Source of the DNA: Octopus sinensis
Taxonomy: Eukaryota
Direction of reading: 5' to 3'
Length of the DNA stretch: 64,000 nt
Assembly: GCF_006345805.1 (NCBI RefSeq)
Contig: NC_043021.1
Span: 15,624,001 to 15,688,000 of the forward strand
Under the pieces are notes generated by a model. That model ran no database searches. It was not told the origin of the DNA and saw only the letters and a program-made list of their open reading frames with translations. Positions 12,234 to 25,916 of this stretch are shown here, piece by piece. A program made the position numbers and the translations under genes. How positions within the stretch are numbered: the stretch's first letter is position 1; the number at the start of each line of letters is the position of its first letter.

Positions 12234-12624
12234 TTAAAAAAGAAAAACAAACCCTTGATGTTAGTGCTCCAGCATGGACACATACCATTTGTTTTTATGT
12301 TTGTTTTGCCATACTGACATGGATCACTTGAATATATGTTGTTGAAGCATTGTTTTACAGCTGGATGCCTTTCCTGCTGCTGACCCCCTACTTAGAGTTT
12401 CTCCTGCCACACGTCTTTGGAAGCACATGGCTACCGGACAATTTGTTGACCATAAAATAACATAACATGCAGAGAGCACCAAACATGGATCATGTGATCA
12501 CAATATACACAATCTGACAGGCACACACACACACACACATGCATGTCAGGTGTGTTGTCTTGCAAGTTTTTTGGTGACTTTATTGGTGCCACATAAGTAC
12601 ACTCTGTAAAGTGGTTGACATTAA

Positions 12625-13017
12625 CCCTTTTGTTACCAACCCAGCTGAAACTGGCTCTGGCTCTGTAGTACAAATGTCTTGTTTTCATAAATTTTGAATT
12701 AACCCTTTAGTATTCAGATTAATCTAACAAGTATAATGCTTTCGATGATGTGACTGTTTATTTTTAAAATGACATTGTAGGACAGGTGTGAGAGGCCAGA
12801 TCTGACTGATTTGAAGATAAAACAGGTAGACTATTTTGGCCGGATATGGCCGGTTTGAATGCTAAAGGGTTAAAATCTTCCACCAAACCTTAGTCACAAT
12901 TAATGGTCACTGACACTAGCTTAATGATAACTAAGTTATTTTACTAAATTCTTTGTTATATCTAAAACAATTGAGAAAAACACAGAGCATCTCAAAATAA
13001 ATACAGTGACAAAAGGG
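12625..13017. mobile_element. piggyBac-type MITE hosting a second MITE
   Basis: TTAA|CCCTTTTGTTAC ... GTGACAAAAGGG|TTAA. Confidence 0.85.
12703..12869. mobile_element. piggyBac-type MITE nested at a TTAA
   Basis: TTAA|CCCTTTAG ... CTAAAGGG|TTAA; same family as 12016-12233. Confidence 0.85.
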
Positions 13018-13815
13018 TTAAGGGGTTGGTGCCTCCAGCTGTGGAAAGCATTCCAAACCAGGCATTCAAGCAAGAGGGGGCTTGTCAAATCCTGTTGAGT
13101 TACCCGACCTATGTCAGTATGGAAAACAGACATCAAGTGGTGATCACACACACACACACACACACACACACCTAACAAGCTTTTTATGGTTTCCATCAAC
13201 CAAGTTCATTCACAAGCCATTGGTCAGCCTAGGGCAATAGTAAGAAGACTCTTACCCTAGGTACCATGCAATGGTACCGAACCCAGAACCCAGAAAGGTT
13301 GACAAGCAAACATCTTAACCTACACAACAAGGCCAGTACATCGAGTATTGACTCCATTTATTCTTTCTGGAGAAGACGATAGAAATGTTTTCTTCGGTTT
13401 GGCTTCTGTGAGGCAGAGTTCCACTGAATAAACAACTTCAACAAGCTTATAAAATGTAGATAATGCTGACTTTGATAACGGTCTAATTAGTGAGTAATTA
13501 CGTTTGTTATGTTATATTCCGTTTCCAATCCTCTGAAAATAATGGCCCCAAATTCTTTAATCCTTTTTGTTTTTTTTACCTGAGCTAAACTAAGATACTA
13601 ATAAATATCTTTTAAATGACTTTCCTATGCATATGCTTAGCATAAAACAACCAACATGAGCTCTACTTGAATATATGCATGTGTGTGTGCATATATATAT
13701 GTATGGTCTGTGTGTGTGTGTGTATATATTTATATATATAGTAGAAATATAATACTCATATATATATATATATATATATAATATTAGGGAGTAAATCCAA
13801 ACTTACAGGGATTTA

Positions 13816-13862
<47 letters not shown>

Positions 13863-13931
13863 CATACATACATATATACTCATCTATATAAACATACACA
13901 TTGCATATGAGTGTGCAGGTTTATGTGTGTG

Positions 13932-13977
<46 letters not shown>

Positions 13978-14546
13978 TTTGTATATATGTATGTATACAT
14001 ATATAGTCATATATATAAACATACACACATTGCATATGTGTGTGCAGGTTTGTGTGTGTGTGTAGATATAAATAGATATATATATATATATATGTATATA
14101 TGTATTTATATGAAAGCTTAATAGTGTATATAGCTTTTCTTGTTGGGTTTTCTTGTCGTCTAGATTTAGAAAATGGGGTATTGATTTCTGGTATATGCAA
14201 ATGGTCTGAAGTGTATATACATATAGAGAGAAAGAGAGAGAATGAGAAGGAATAAGAGATACAGCAAATGAGGGGGTGGGGAAGAAAGAATGAAAGAGAT
14301 AGAGAATGAGATTATGTGGCATTAAAACTCTTCTCAAGGACATGAACCAAAGTTAAATGATGTGAATTGTTCCAACGAGGAATCAAAATTAGATCGCACT
14401 GACTTAGCTCACCGAGCAAGCTTACTTCAGCTCTGTTACATTTAACTTGAGAAAGGAAATTTTTTTCATTCTGTTTTTTTTTTTCTTTTTCTTTTTCTCT
14501 TTTCATCAAATTTTTACTACAAAGTATTGTTATGTAATTATTCTTT

Positions 14547-15145
14547 TTAAGGCGGCGAGCTGGCAGCTATGTTAGCGCGCCGGGCGAAACGCTTAGCGGT
14601 ATTTCGTCTGTCGCTACGTTCTGAGTTCAAATTCCGCCGAGGTCAACTTTGCCTTTCATCCTTTCGGGGTCGATAAATTAAGTACCAGTTATGCACTGGG
14701 GTCGATGTAATCGACTTAATACCTATGTCTGTCCTTGTTTGTCCCCTCTGTGTTTAGCCTCTTGTGGGCAATAAAGAAATAGGTATTTCGTCTGTCGTTA
14801 CGTTCTGAGTTCAAATTCCGCCGAGGTCGACTTTGCCTTTCATCCTTTCGGGGTCGATAAAGTACCAGTTGCACACTGGGGTCGATGTAATCGACTCAAT
14901 CCCTTTGTCTGTCCTTGTTTGTCCCCTCTATGTTTAGCCCTTTGTGGGCAGTAAAGAAATAGGTATTTCGTCTGTATTTACGTTCTGAGTTCAAATTCCG
15001 CCAAGGTCGACTTTGCCTTTCATCCTTTCGGGGTCAATAAATGAAGTACCAGTTACAGACTGGGGTCGATGTAATCGACTTAATCGCTTTGTCTGTCCTT
15101 GTTTGTCCCCTCTATGTTTAGCCCTTTGTTGGTAGTAAAGAAATA
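14547..15145 (+). mobile_element. SINE family A, head plus three tandem bodies, 16-bp TSD
   Basis: Bodies start at 14598, 14782 and 14962; TATGTAATTATTCTTT at 14531-14546 and 15146-15161. Confidence 0.92.
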
Positions 15146-15879
15146 TATGTAATTATTCTTTGTTTGTTTTTTTGGTTTGTCTTTTATCTTCAACTTGTTT
15201 CTGTCGTTGAACTGTGGCCATGCTGGGACTGCATCTTGAAGGGGTTTTTTTTAATCCCACAAATCAACCCCGGTACTTATTTTCTTACAGCTGGATGCTT
15301 ATTCTGTTGGTTTCTTTTGCTGAACTGCTAAGTTTATAACTGGCACTTCTTCGATTACGACGATGAGGGTACCAGTTAATCCAATCTACAGAACAGCCTG
15401 CTTGTGAAATTAAGCAAGTGGCTGAGCACTCCACAGACACTCGTACCCCTAACATAGTTCTCAGGGAGATTCAATGTGATACAGAAGGTGACAAGGCTGG
15501 CCCTTTGAAATACAGGTGCCCTTTATTTTCATGAACTGAGGGGACTGGAGCAACATGAAATAAAGGTTTTGCTCAGGGGCACACTGTGCCAGTGGTAGTC
15601 AAACTCACAACCAAACCATCAGCACATACCCACATGTACAATGGGATTCTTTCAGTTTCCATTTACCAAATCCACTCGCTAAACTTCCCATACATGATTT
15701 GTGCTTCATTTATTAATCCTGTAGAGATGAAAGGTAAATGTATTCAGTGTACACATGGATGACATAAAACACTGCACAGTGACCCCACAACCACCACCAC
15801 TAAATCTCTCTCCAATCAGGAACAAACCTGTGTCTGTACTATCTGAGTTCACTGATTGAATGAATTTGACATTGATGAA

Positions 15880-16310
15880 CTTTGGTGATTGGTTGAGATT
15901 GACTGTGACTGCAGTGGTTTGTTGTGATTAATTGTGAATGGTTGAGATTGATTGTGATTGACTTTGATGCTTGGTTAGATTAATTGTAATTAACTGCTGT
16001 GATTGACTATAATTCACCACGGTTTGGTTGAGAGTGATTATGACTAATTTCAGTGATTAGTTGAAATTCATTGTGATTAGTTTCAGTGATTGACTGCGAT
16101 TAACTTCAGTGTTTGATTATGATTGATTGTGATTAATTTAAGTAATTGGTTAAAGTTTGTGTTTCACTTCAGTGATTAGTTGCGATTGACTGCAGTTAAG
16201 CTCAGAAATTGCTTGAGATTGATAATGGTTAGCTTTGGTAAATGACTGTAATTAACTTCAGTGACTAGATGAGATTGACTGTGATTGGCTGAGATTAATT
16301 GTGCTTAACT
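15880..16310. repeat. Degenerate ~10-bp minisatellite (gattgactgt-like)
   Basis: Repeated gattgactgtgatt / gattaacttcagt motifs. Confidence 0.75.
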
Positions 16311-16687
16311 TTGGACCTCCCTCAAGGACTTGGTATTAGTTTTGTTAAAAAATCTGAATTCCTTTTAACAGCTGAAAGTAGTTTGTGTGAAAACTTTTTA
16401 ATGATGGTGAGTCATTGGACTGGAGTTTTTGTAAGTCAATAATCTTAATGATAATGACTCATTAGACATGGGTTTTTGTAAGTCAATATTCTTCTGCAAC
16501 ACTAATTAGTAATATCTGGGTTGTGGCAGCAGTGTTAACAATACTTTGGTAATTAATGTTTGTTGGTCAAAGCTGTGTTGTTCTATGGCTAGTACAACTG
16601 TTGTGGGATTTGAACCCATGGTGTATATTACCCTTAGGGCCAGCATTTTTTTAAAGATATAGACACTACTACACTTTGTATTGCTAA

Positions 16688-16689
<2 letters not shown>

Positions 16690-16722
<33 letters not shown>

Positions 16723-17535
16723 TCTGCCATTTGCTTTGTCCATCTGTTTCTCTCTCCCCCTTTCTCTCTCCCACTTGCTTTGTCCATCTCTCTCTCCCCC
16801 TCTCTGCCACTTGCTTTGTCCATCTGTTTCTCTCTCTCTCCCACTTGCTTTGTCCATCTGTTTCTCACTCCCCCTCTCTCTCTCCCACTTGCTTTGTATA
16901 TCTCTCTCTCCCCCTCTCTGCCACTTGCTTTGTCCATCTGTTTCTCTCTCACCCCACCCCCGCTCTCTCTCCCACTTGCTTTGTCTCTGTTTCTCCATCC
17001 ATCTTTCTCTTTGTCCATCTGTTTCTCTATTCATTTTTCTCTCCCTTCCTTCTCTCTGTTTCTTTCTTTCTCTCTCTCTCACTCACATCCCTTTCTCTCT
17101 CTCTCTCTCTCACTCACATCCATTTCTCTCTCTCCCTCTTCCCTGCCCTCTCAGTATCTCTGTCTCTCTCCCTTTCTGTCCTTTCTCTCTGTCCCTTGCT
17201 GTCTCCTTCTCTTTCTCCATCTGTTTTTCTATCCCTCTCTCCCTCTCCTTTCTCTGGCTCTACCTCCTTCCCCTGTCCCCCTCCTCATAGCTCTCTCTCT
17301 CTCTCTCTCACTCACATCCCTTTCTCTCTCTCTCTCTCACTCACATCCCTTTCTCTCTCCCTCTTCCCTGCCCTCCCAGTCTCTCTGTCTCTCTCCCTTT
17401 CTGTCCTTTCTCTCTGTCCCTTGCTGTCCCCTTCTCTTTCTCCATCTGTTTTTCTATCCATCTCTCCCTCTCCTTTCTCTGGCTCTACCTCCTTCCCCTC
17501 TCCCCCTCCTCATGCCTTCTCTCTCTCTCTCTCAT
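16690..17535. repeat. CT-rich compound repeat: ccacttgctttgtccatctgtttctctc units followed by a ~240-bp tandem duplication
   Basis: Direct repeats are visible; this is the source of the spurious 316-330 aa S/L/P ORFs. Confidence 0.9.
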
Positions 17536-18647
17536 ACCCTCACACACACATGCACACATTCATTCTTTTTTTCTTCTTTCCCCTCCACCCTTCTCTGTTA
17601 TCTGCAAGAAATACAAATCCCAAGAACCAGATATTCAAACTATCCCATTGTTCGGAACCAAACAGTATTTTGATCTCATAGGATCAACGTTCAGGAAACA
17701 AGAACCAGCAACAGTGAAAACCCTGACCGGTGGTGGAGCAGCCGCGTTTCCTTATGTAACTTAGACAAATCTTCGGTTTGTCTTTATGTGGTTAAGATTC
17801 AACTTGACGACAAACTGACTACACTTTTTTCTTCCTCCTCCCCTTTTTCTTCTTCCTTTTCTTTCCTTTTCCGTTCCTCTTCCTCGCCCGCCTCCGCCTC
17901 TTCCTCCTCCCTTCTGCGGGTTGTATTTACAAAATATACCATCATAAATGTCAGTGTTTATAATTTGATAATGCCATTCAAATGTATTAGTAAATATCAC
18001 AACCGAGAAATTGCTTTGAAGCACGTCTGGCTCTCTGTGAATGACTACGATGACAACAACAACAATAACAACAGCAACAACATCACTAGGCAGAGGAGAC
18101 GATGTTCACCTCCCTTCCCTCCAATACTTTCAAGGTTTTCAAATATTTTTTTAATTATTTATTTATTTTCTTATTTTGTTGTTGTTTTTTTTTACTTGCT
18201 TTAGTCATTGGACTGCAGCCGTGTAGGGACCCCCCACCTCGAAGGGTTTTAGGTCGAACATATTTCGTCTCCAGTATCTCCCTTTTGAGACTGGTACTTA
18301 GTCTTATCAATTCTTTTGCTGAGCTGCTAAGTTACAACTGGGATGTAAACAAACCAGCACCTGTTGTCAAGTGGTGGTTGCAGACAAACACAAAAACATG
18401 CATATATCATCATCATCATCTAATGTCTGCTCTCCATGCTGGCATGGGTTGGACAGTTTGACTGGATCTGATGAGCCGGAGAGCTGCAGCAGGTTCCCGT
18501 CTGATCTGGCAAGGTTTCTACAGCTGGATGCACTTCATCACACCAACCACTCCAGGAGTGTAATAGGTGCTTTTACGTGCCACCGGCATGGGTGTTATTT
18601 ACCTGATGCCTACAACGACTGTGATTCACGGGCAGGTGCCATTTACT

Positions 18648-18877
18648 TATTTCTTTACTACCCACAAGGGGTTACACACAGAGTAGACAAACAAGGACAG
18701 ACAAAGGGATTAAGTCGATTATATCGACCCCAGTGCATAACTGGTACTTAATTTATCGACCCCGAAAGGATGAAAGGCAAAGTCGACCTCAGCGGAATTT
18801 GAACACAGAACGTAACGGCAGACGAAATACGGCTATGCATTTTGCCCGGCGTGCTAACGTTTCTGCCAGCTCGCCGC
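18648..18877 (-). mobile_element. SINE family A
   Basis: Reverse complement match to the family consensus. Confidence 0.9.
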
Positions 18878-18899
18878 AACCACAACTACAATGTATGAT

Positions 18900-19235
18900 G
18901 AGACCCCCTTTGGTCACGAGACAGACCATGGGATTGCACCTACAAAGTTACCCTCCCAGGCACAAGTCCAGGCAAGGTTGTTTATGGAAGACCAGCAGTC
19001 GCCCATGCATACCGGCCTCCCCTCTCTCCATGCCACCAGTGTTATTCAAGAGAAAGGCAAAGGGGCCAATACAGCTTGGCACATGTGACGTCGCAACTCA
19101 TTTCTACAGCTGAGTGAACTGGAGCAACGTGAAATAAAGTATCTTGCTCAAGAACACAACATGCAGCCCGGTCTGGGATTCGAGCTCACAACCTCACAAT
19201 TGCAAGCCCAACGCTCTAACCACTGAGGCATGCAT
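18900..19235 (-). mobile_element. tRNA-derived SINE, family F (second copy at about 50800-51135)
   Basis: gagaccccctttggtcacga..ggaagaccagcagtcgcccatgcatac..tcgagctcac..ctctaaccactgag is shared with the 50800 copy. Confidence 0.85.
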
Positions 19236-19281
19236 GTACAATGCCTACATGCATATACATATATATATAAACTATATATGT

Positions 19282-19323
<42 letters not shown>

Positions 19324-19355
19324 GCACACACACATATATATATATATATAATGTG

Positions 19356-19670
19356 AAGGCGCGTGGCTTAGTGGTTAGGGTGTTTGGTTATGATCGTAAG
19401 GCCATGTGTTCAATACCCGGTGGCACATTGTGATCTTGAGCAAGACTCTTTTTTTCACATTGCCCCAGTTCACTCATCTGGCAAATATGAGTTATACCTG
19501 TAATATTCAAAGGACCAGCCTTGTCGCATTCTGTGTCCCGCTGAATCTCCTTAAGAACTACATTAAGGGTATGTGCGTATGTGGAGTATTCAGCCACACA
19601 AGCAGGAGGCTGTCCCATTGATCAGATCACTTGGAACTCCTTGTTGTTGTAACCAATGTAGCACCACTTA
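19356..19670 (+). mobile_element. tRNA-derived SINE, family E (second copy at about 5462-5790)
   Basis: ggcgcgtggcttagtggttaggg head; ggaccagccttgtcgcattctgtgtcccgctgaatctc body. Confidence 0.8.
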
Positions 19671-20143
19671 TAAATGCATGCGTATAAGTTGGGCTTCCCC
19701 ACAGTTTCCATCTGCCAAATTCACTCATAAGGCATTGGTCTGCCCAGGGCTATACTAGAAGACACTTGCCCACGTTGCTGAGCTGTGGGTTTGAACCCAA
19801 CACCAGCTGGTTGCAAAACAAGCTTCGAAAGCACACAACTGATAGTTTTGAAAATACTAAAGACTTTCAGTGAGATAACCTTTTTCATTATGAAACTGGT
19901 GTCCAGAACATAAAATTAACACAAAATCTTTATGGAATATTTTAATTGTGATCACTGTTAAAAAAAATAAGGTTTATTATACCATAGAACCAGAAGCGTT
20001 TTTTTCTCCCTCTTCTCCATTCCCCCCATCTGTCTCTCTCTTTTCAATTTCTCCAACTCTCTTTACTCCACCTTTCTCTCTTCTCCAAGTCTCTCTTCAC
20101 CTCTTTCTCTCTCGCTACTCCATATCTCTTCTCCATCTCTCTC

Positions 20144-20218
<75 letters not shown>

Positions 20219-20432
20219 CTCTCTATCTATCTATCTATCTAGGCTGATTGTTGTCAAAAGTATTGAATATTATTCTTCAGGAAATCATTGGCACTCATGG
20301 TTAGATGCATATAAAACGTGTTTTATGCTAATCACCTGATTCTTAGTGAATTTGTTGCAAAAGTACAGAAGGGGATTATCACAATTTTAGGGAAATTTGT
20401 TTTTGTATCAATTGACATAAATAAAAAAAAAC

Positions 20433-20848
20433 ATGAGTGGCTGTGTGGTAAATAGCTTGCTTACCAACCACATAGTTCCGGGTTCAGTCCCACTGCGTGG
20501 CACCTTGGGCAAGTGTCTTCTGCTACAGCCCTGGGCCGACCAAAGCCTTGTGAGTGGATTTGGTAGACGGAAACTGAAAGAAGCCCGTCGTATATATGTA
20601 TATATATGTGTGTGTGCGTGTATGTTTGTGTGCGTGTATGTTTGTGTGTCTGTGTTTGTCCCCCTAGCATTGCTTGACAACCGATGCTGGTGTGTTTATG
20701 TCCCCGTCACTTAGCGGTTCGGCAAAAGAGACCGATAGAATAAGTACTGGGCTTACAAAGAATAAGTCCTGAGGTCGAGTTGCTTGATTAAAGGCGGTGC
20801 TCCAACATGGCCACAGTCAAATGACTGAAACAAGTAAAAGATAAAAGA
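20433..20848 (+). mobile_element. SINE family B
   Basis: Consensus match. Confidence 0.9.
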
Positions 20849-21484
20849 AGAATTTTTTTTTTTTTTTTTTGCTTTTTGCTTTTCTCCTGTCAGTTTAATT
20901 TTAAAAGGGGAAAGCTCTCCCCCCCCCCCATCCCCACTGGTCTGAATTTGCCAATTTGTCATTAGGGTTTAATCAATCTTTGTTTTGATTAGCCACATCT
21001 TTTCTTCGAATGCCTGGCAGGATTGAAAAAACTAACAACTAACAGAAGGAAAGTGGCTTGGAATTTCAGTATTTTTCATTAGAGATTAAAACCAAATATG
21101 TTACAATTATTGTTTCAAAGCCCCCTACTCACACCCACCGACCCACCCACACATGCGCGCACACATTTGGAAAAGCACAAGGCAACAACGGTTATTGATT
21201 TGTCTTGAAATTGGCCTGAATTGATGTCACCAGAACCGTTTCATTTGATTGCCAGATTTATCTGGAAGATGTCATTAAGAAATCTCTGTTGGAATAAAGG
21301 CACAAAATCTCAGTGGAATATATTGGAATACACTGGAATATATTTCCACTGGTAATCAATCTATGTTGAAGGATCTGTTCATCATAGTAATCTGTTAAAG
21401 TACTTTGCCCCTTTTTTTTTTTCTTTTGTCCATTATTTTATCATTTCAATTAAAGCTGCACCTGTCTGCTGTGTATGTCTGTGT

Positions 21485-21895
21485 GTCTCTCTCTCTTCCC
21501 TCATTTTCTCTTTCTTTCCTTTTCTCTCTCTCTTTCCTTTTCTTTCTTCCTCCTTTTCTCTCTCTCCCTCTTTTTCTCTCTCTCCTTCCTTTTCTTTATC
21601 CCTTCTCACTCTCTCCTCCCTTTTCTCTCTCTCCCTCCTTTTCTCTCTCTCCTTCCTTTTCTTTATCCCTTTTCTCTCCTCCCTTTTCTCTCTCTCCCTC
21701 TTTTTCTCTCTCTCCTTCCTTTTCTTTATCTCTTCTCACTCTCTCCCTCCTTTTCTCTCTCTCCTTCCTTTTATTTCTCCCTTGTCTCTCTCCCTCCTTT
21801 TCTCTCTCTCCTTCCTTTTCTCTCTCCCTCCTTTTCTCTCTCCTTCCTTCTCTCTCTCCTTCCTTCTCTCCTCTCTTTCTCCCTACTTCCGCTTC
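21485..21895. repeat. CT-rich low-complexity tandem repeat
   Basis: Repeated ctccttttctctctctcc motifs. Confidence 0.9.
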
Positions 21896-22681
21896 TCAAT
21901 TTCACTGTCCCTGCTATTGACTTTCAATTCTTCTCTGAGCTCTCCCTGTATCTCTCTTTTACTCCCTCTCCCCCCATCTCTCTATACAATGTCAAGCGTA
22001 ACTGTAGAAACCATCCAACCAACATTATTTATACCAGCTTTTATTATACAGAGTGGTTATTATAAAAGCAGCAAGCTAGCAGAATCATTAGCACACAAGA
22101 CAGAATGCTTAGTGGCATTTCTTCTGGTTTTATGTTCTGAGTTCAAATATCACCTGTTCTTTCTCTGCTGCCAAAATTTCAGGCCTTGTTCCTATATCTA
22201 TCTATCCGCTCAGTCGAAGTCGACTCTCGGTTACTCGTTGGATCAGTGTCCTCCAGTCAGTTCTATCCTGGGTCGCTTCTTTCAGATTGGCTATGTCCAT
22301 TCCGGTATCACTCTTTATGGTGTCAAGCCAGCGGGTTCTTGGTCGGCCTCTTCCCCTCTTGCCACTGACCATAGTGCCTATAGTAGAAAGAATTATTATA
22401 TAGAGATATATGTATGAATGTATGTGTATATCATCTTCATTTAATGTCCGTTGTCAGTGCTGGTGTGGGCCAGATGGGTTGGCTAGGGTTGGTAAGCTGA
22501 GGGGCTGCACCAGAGTTCAGTCTGATTTGGCGTGGTTTCTACAGCTAGATACCCTTCCTAACACCAACCACTTTCAAAATGTAATGGGTACTTTTAAATG
22601 CCAGCGGCGGCACATAAGTATAAACTGCTTTAAACATATCCATAAACACACAATGTGTGTGTGTGTGATTTTATGTCTGTT

Positions 22682-22718
<37 letters not shown>

Positions 22719-22888
22719 TGAAATGGATAAATGAATTATCTTGTTAAGGATTATTCAAAATGTAACCGATACCTGGGTAGCAAAAATCACAACAGAAAAA
22801 ACACGGTTGAAGTCACGACCTTGGGGTGTCGCAACCGTGCCTTAGCGCGGATAATTCCCTTCACTAAATATATATATATATAATATAT

Positions 22889-22988
<100 letters not shown>

Positions 22989-24947
22989 TGTTTGTGTGGA
23001 ACTCTCTATCTTTCTATCTATCTATCTATATATATATATAATATATATATATATATATAATAGATAGATAGATAGATAAATAGATGTGTGTGTGTGTGTA
23101 CTCTCTATCTAGATAGATAGATAGATAGCTGTGTGTGTGAACTCTCTATTGATTTTATATGTATATGTTGATTGTAAGAGAAAGTGAACTCATTCATACA
23201 AATAATGACATTTGTTTGCAGTCCTCTGTGAAAACATGTCCTGTCTGTTTGTTGTTCAACAGACAAGGAGAAATATATGAATATGTTGCTTAAAAATGGG
23301 TGATGAGCATTCAGTCCAGCTGTTGAAAACTCTATCTCAACCGAGTCTCATTTGATCCATGCCAGCCTGGAAAAGTAGGCATTAGCCCTTTAGGATTTCA
23401 ACTGGTCCATGTCCAGCCCAAATATCTTACCTGTTTTACGCTCAGACTTGACCCAGTTTCTCACACCTGCGCTTACAATGTCGTTTTGAAAATATACAAT
23501 CACATCATCAAAATCTCAAAGCTGCAAGTTGATGCATGATCGATTCAAAATGTAGGGGGGAAAAAAAGAAAAAGAAGAAAAAGAATTCCATTTGACTAAA
23601 GAGTTCAAATAGGAATGGTCACATGATGATGATGATGCTGATGATGAAGACGGTGATGACAACTTCAATGCTTTATGCCTAATTAGCAAATTATTTTAGT
23701 GCCAAAATAAAATATAGCACCCTTTTGAAAAGTGAAATACGAAAAATACATTAATTACGCATATTTTCAGACAATCTTGTAAATAAATATCTCTGGTGTT
23801 GGGAGCGAGGCTTGTAGTTTTATTTATTTTTGTTTTTGTTTTACATCAACCAAACTAATGTATGATATTATTAGATAACTTGATTTCGCAACTAGTCATA
23901 TTAAATTCTGCAGTATTTCTGTTATTTCTATTCCTGCTTGACTCTGAGCTGTGTACTTAATCAAATGGAAGAGCTGTCAGTGTTAGTAACGTTTCAGAAA
24001 CTACCAACGGTGATCCCTACAGCTACAGCTAGATTTTAAGTAACACTGGCACCAGAAGAAAATTACCCCAAATTAATAATAATTATTATTATATTATTTT
24101 TATGATGGTTTTAAAATTTTGACACAAGGCCAGCAATCTCCATCCTCCAGTGTTCAACTAGTAATTGTTTTATCAAACACACACTCTTTTTCCCCTGAAA
24201 GGATGAAAGGCGAAGTCAACCTCAGTAGAATTTGAACTCAGACAGTAAAGGCTGACGAAATGCCACTAAGCATTTTGCCCAGCATGCTAATGAGTCTGCC
24301 AGCTCACCACTTTAATAATAATAATAATAATAATAATAATTAATTCTTTTTATTGGCCACAAGGGCTGACAAACATGATTGGAAAACATAAAGGGACAAA
24401 ACAGGACGAAAGGTTACAAAAGGTTTTGTCCGTTTTTCGAAAGAAAAAAGTCTGTGTAAACAAGCTTTACAACAACGAAAATAATAATAATTAATTTCAA
24501 ATTTTTGCCACAAGAGCAGCTTGGAGGAGGGGATTAAGTCAATTGCACTGAACCCAGTGTATAACTGGTATTTATTTTATTGACCCTGAAAGGATGAAAG
24601 GCGAAGTCGACCTCAGTAGAATTTGAACTCAGAACTTAAAAACGGACAAAATGCCATGAAGCATTTTTCTCAGAATAATAATAAGGAGCACTCTTTTTTG
24701 TTTTGTTATGTTCAAGCTTGGTCGTGTGGTTTAGAACTTTGCTTCCCAACCATATGGTTTTGGGTTCAGTCCCACTGTGTGGTGCTTTGAGCAAGCATTT
24801 TCTACTAAAACCGCAGACTGACCAAAACCTTATAAGTAGATTTGATTGACAGAAACTGGAAGAAGCCCATCGTGCATGTGTGTATGTATGCACATGTGTG
24901 TGTATACATGTCCTGATGTCCATGTGATGGTTATAAGCAAACACCAC

Positions 24948-25181
24948 CAAAGTGGCGAGCTGGCAGAAACGTTAGCACACCGGGCGAAATGCTTACCGGT
25001 ATTTCATCTGCCGTTACATTCTGAGTTCAAATTTCGCCGAGGTCGACTTTGTCTTTCATCCTTTCGGGGTCGATTAAATAAGTACCTTATACGCACTGGG
25101 GTCGATGTAATCGACTTAATCCGTTTGTCTGTCCTTGTTTGTCCCCTCTGTGTTTAGCCCCTTGTGGGTAGTAAAGAAATA
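24948..25181 (+). mobile_element. SINE family A with 16-bp TSD, nested in an older family-B-like SINE
   Basis: TATAAGCAAACACCAC at 24932-24947 and 25182-25197. Confidence 0.92.
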
Positions 25182-25582
25182 TATAAGCAAACACCACTGT
25201 CGTTTTCAGTCCCTTGTCTCGGTTACGAACGAAATATTACCTTGTTTGGAAACAGTTAAGGGTTGACTATAGGAAGGACATCTTGTCTCAGAAAATTTGC
25301 TTCATAAAATTCCATCTGATCCATACAAACACCAAGAAATAGACCCTAAAGCTCTGGTGATGATGTTTGTAGAGTGTGATTTGAGGGAATTTGCCTGTTA
25401 TTTCTAGCTGATAAAAGGCTCACTCAGGTTTATCTGGTGATGAGTTATGTCCTGTTGTTTGGATTCTGTGGACTATTTTTGTTATTTGTCTTTATTTGTA
25501 ATTGACTTACATGAAGGATAATCAAATAAAATAATAATGTTCTTACATTTGACGGATATTTGTCCTCATCTTGTTTTTTGTT

Positions 25583-25628
25583 AACACAACGTTTCAGCTG
25601 ATATACCCTCCAGCCGTCATCATGTGTC
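25583..25628 (-). ncRNA. Degenerate minimal type I hammerhead ribozyme
   Basis: GACAC AUGAUGA C GGCUG-N10-CAGCU GAAAC GUU GUGUU: GAAAC is intact, with a C3->A lesion. Confidence 0.6.
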
Positions 25629-25916
25629 TTGGGGAAATTTCAAACCTGGGTTCTCATTCCTAAGGTATTTTTTGATATTATTATTATTATCATCATCATT
25701 GTCGTCGTCGTCGTCATCATTCAGATCACTACCTGGAATCGAACTCGGAATCTTGGGGTTAGTAGCCATATAGCATAGTGATTAAGAGCGTGGGCTACTA
25801 ACCCCAAGATTCCGAGTTTGATTCTAGGTAGTGACCTGAATAATAATAATAGTAATAATGATAATAATATTGAAAAATACCTTAGGAATGAGAACCCAGG
25901 TTCGAAATTTCCCCAA

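Noticed and set aside
16506-17681. Long ORFs of 132-330 aa
   Set aside because: Translations of CT/GA-rich repeats (S/L/P or R/E runs) with no domain signal.
21031-21043. Double ACTAAC (QKI or branch-point-like) motif
   Set aside because: It is 5 kb from the nearest supported exon and no frame-compatible exon follows.
21311-21351. Hairpin cagtggaatata...tatatttccactg
   Set aside because: The stem is about 12 bp, too short for a pre-miRNA, and does not extend.
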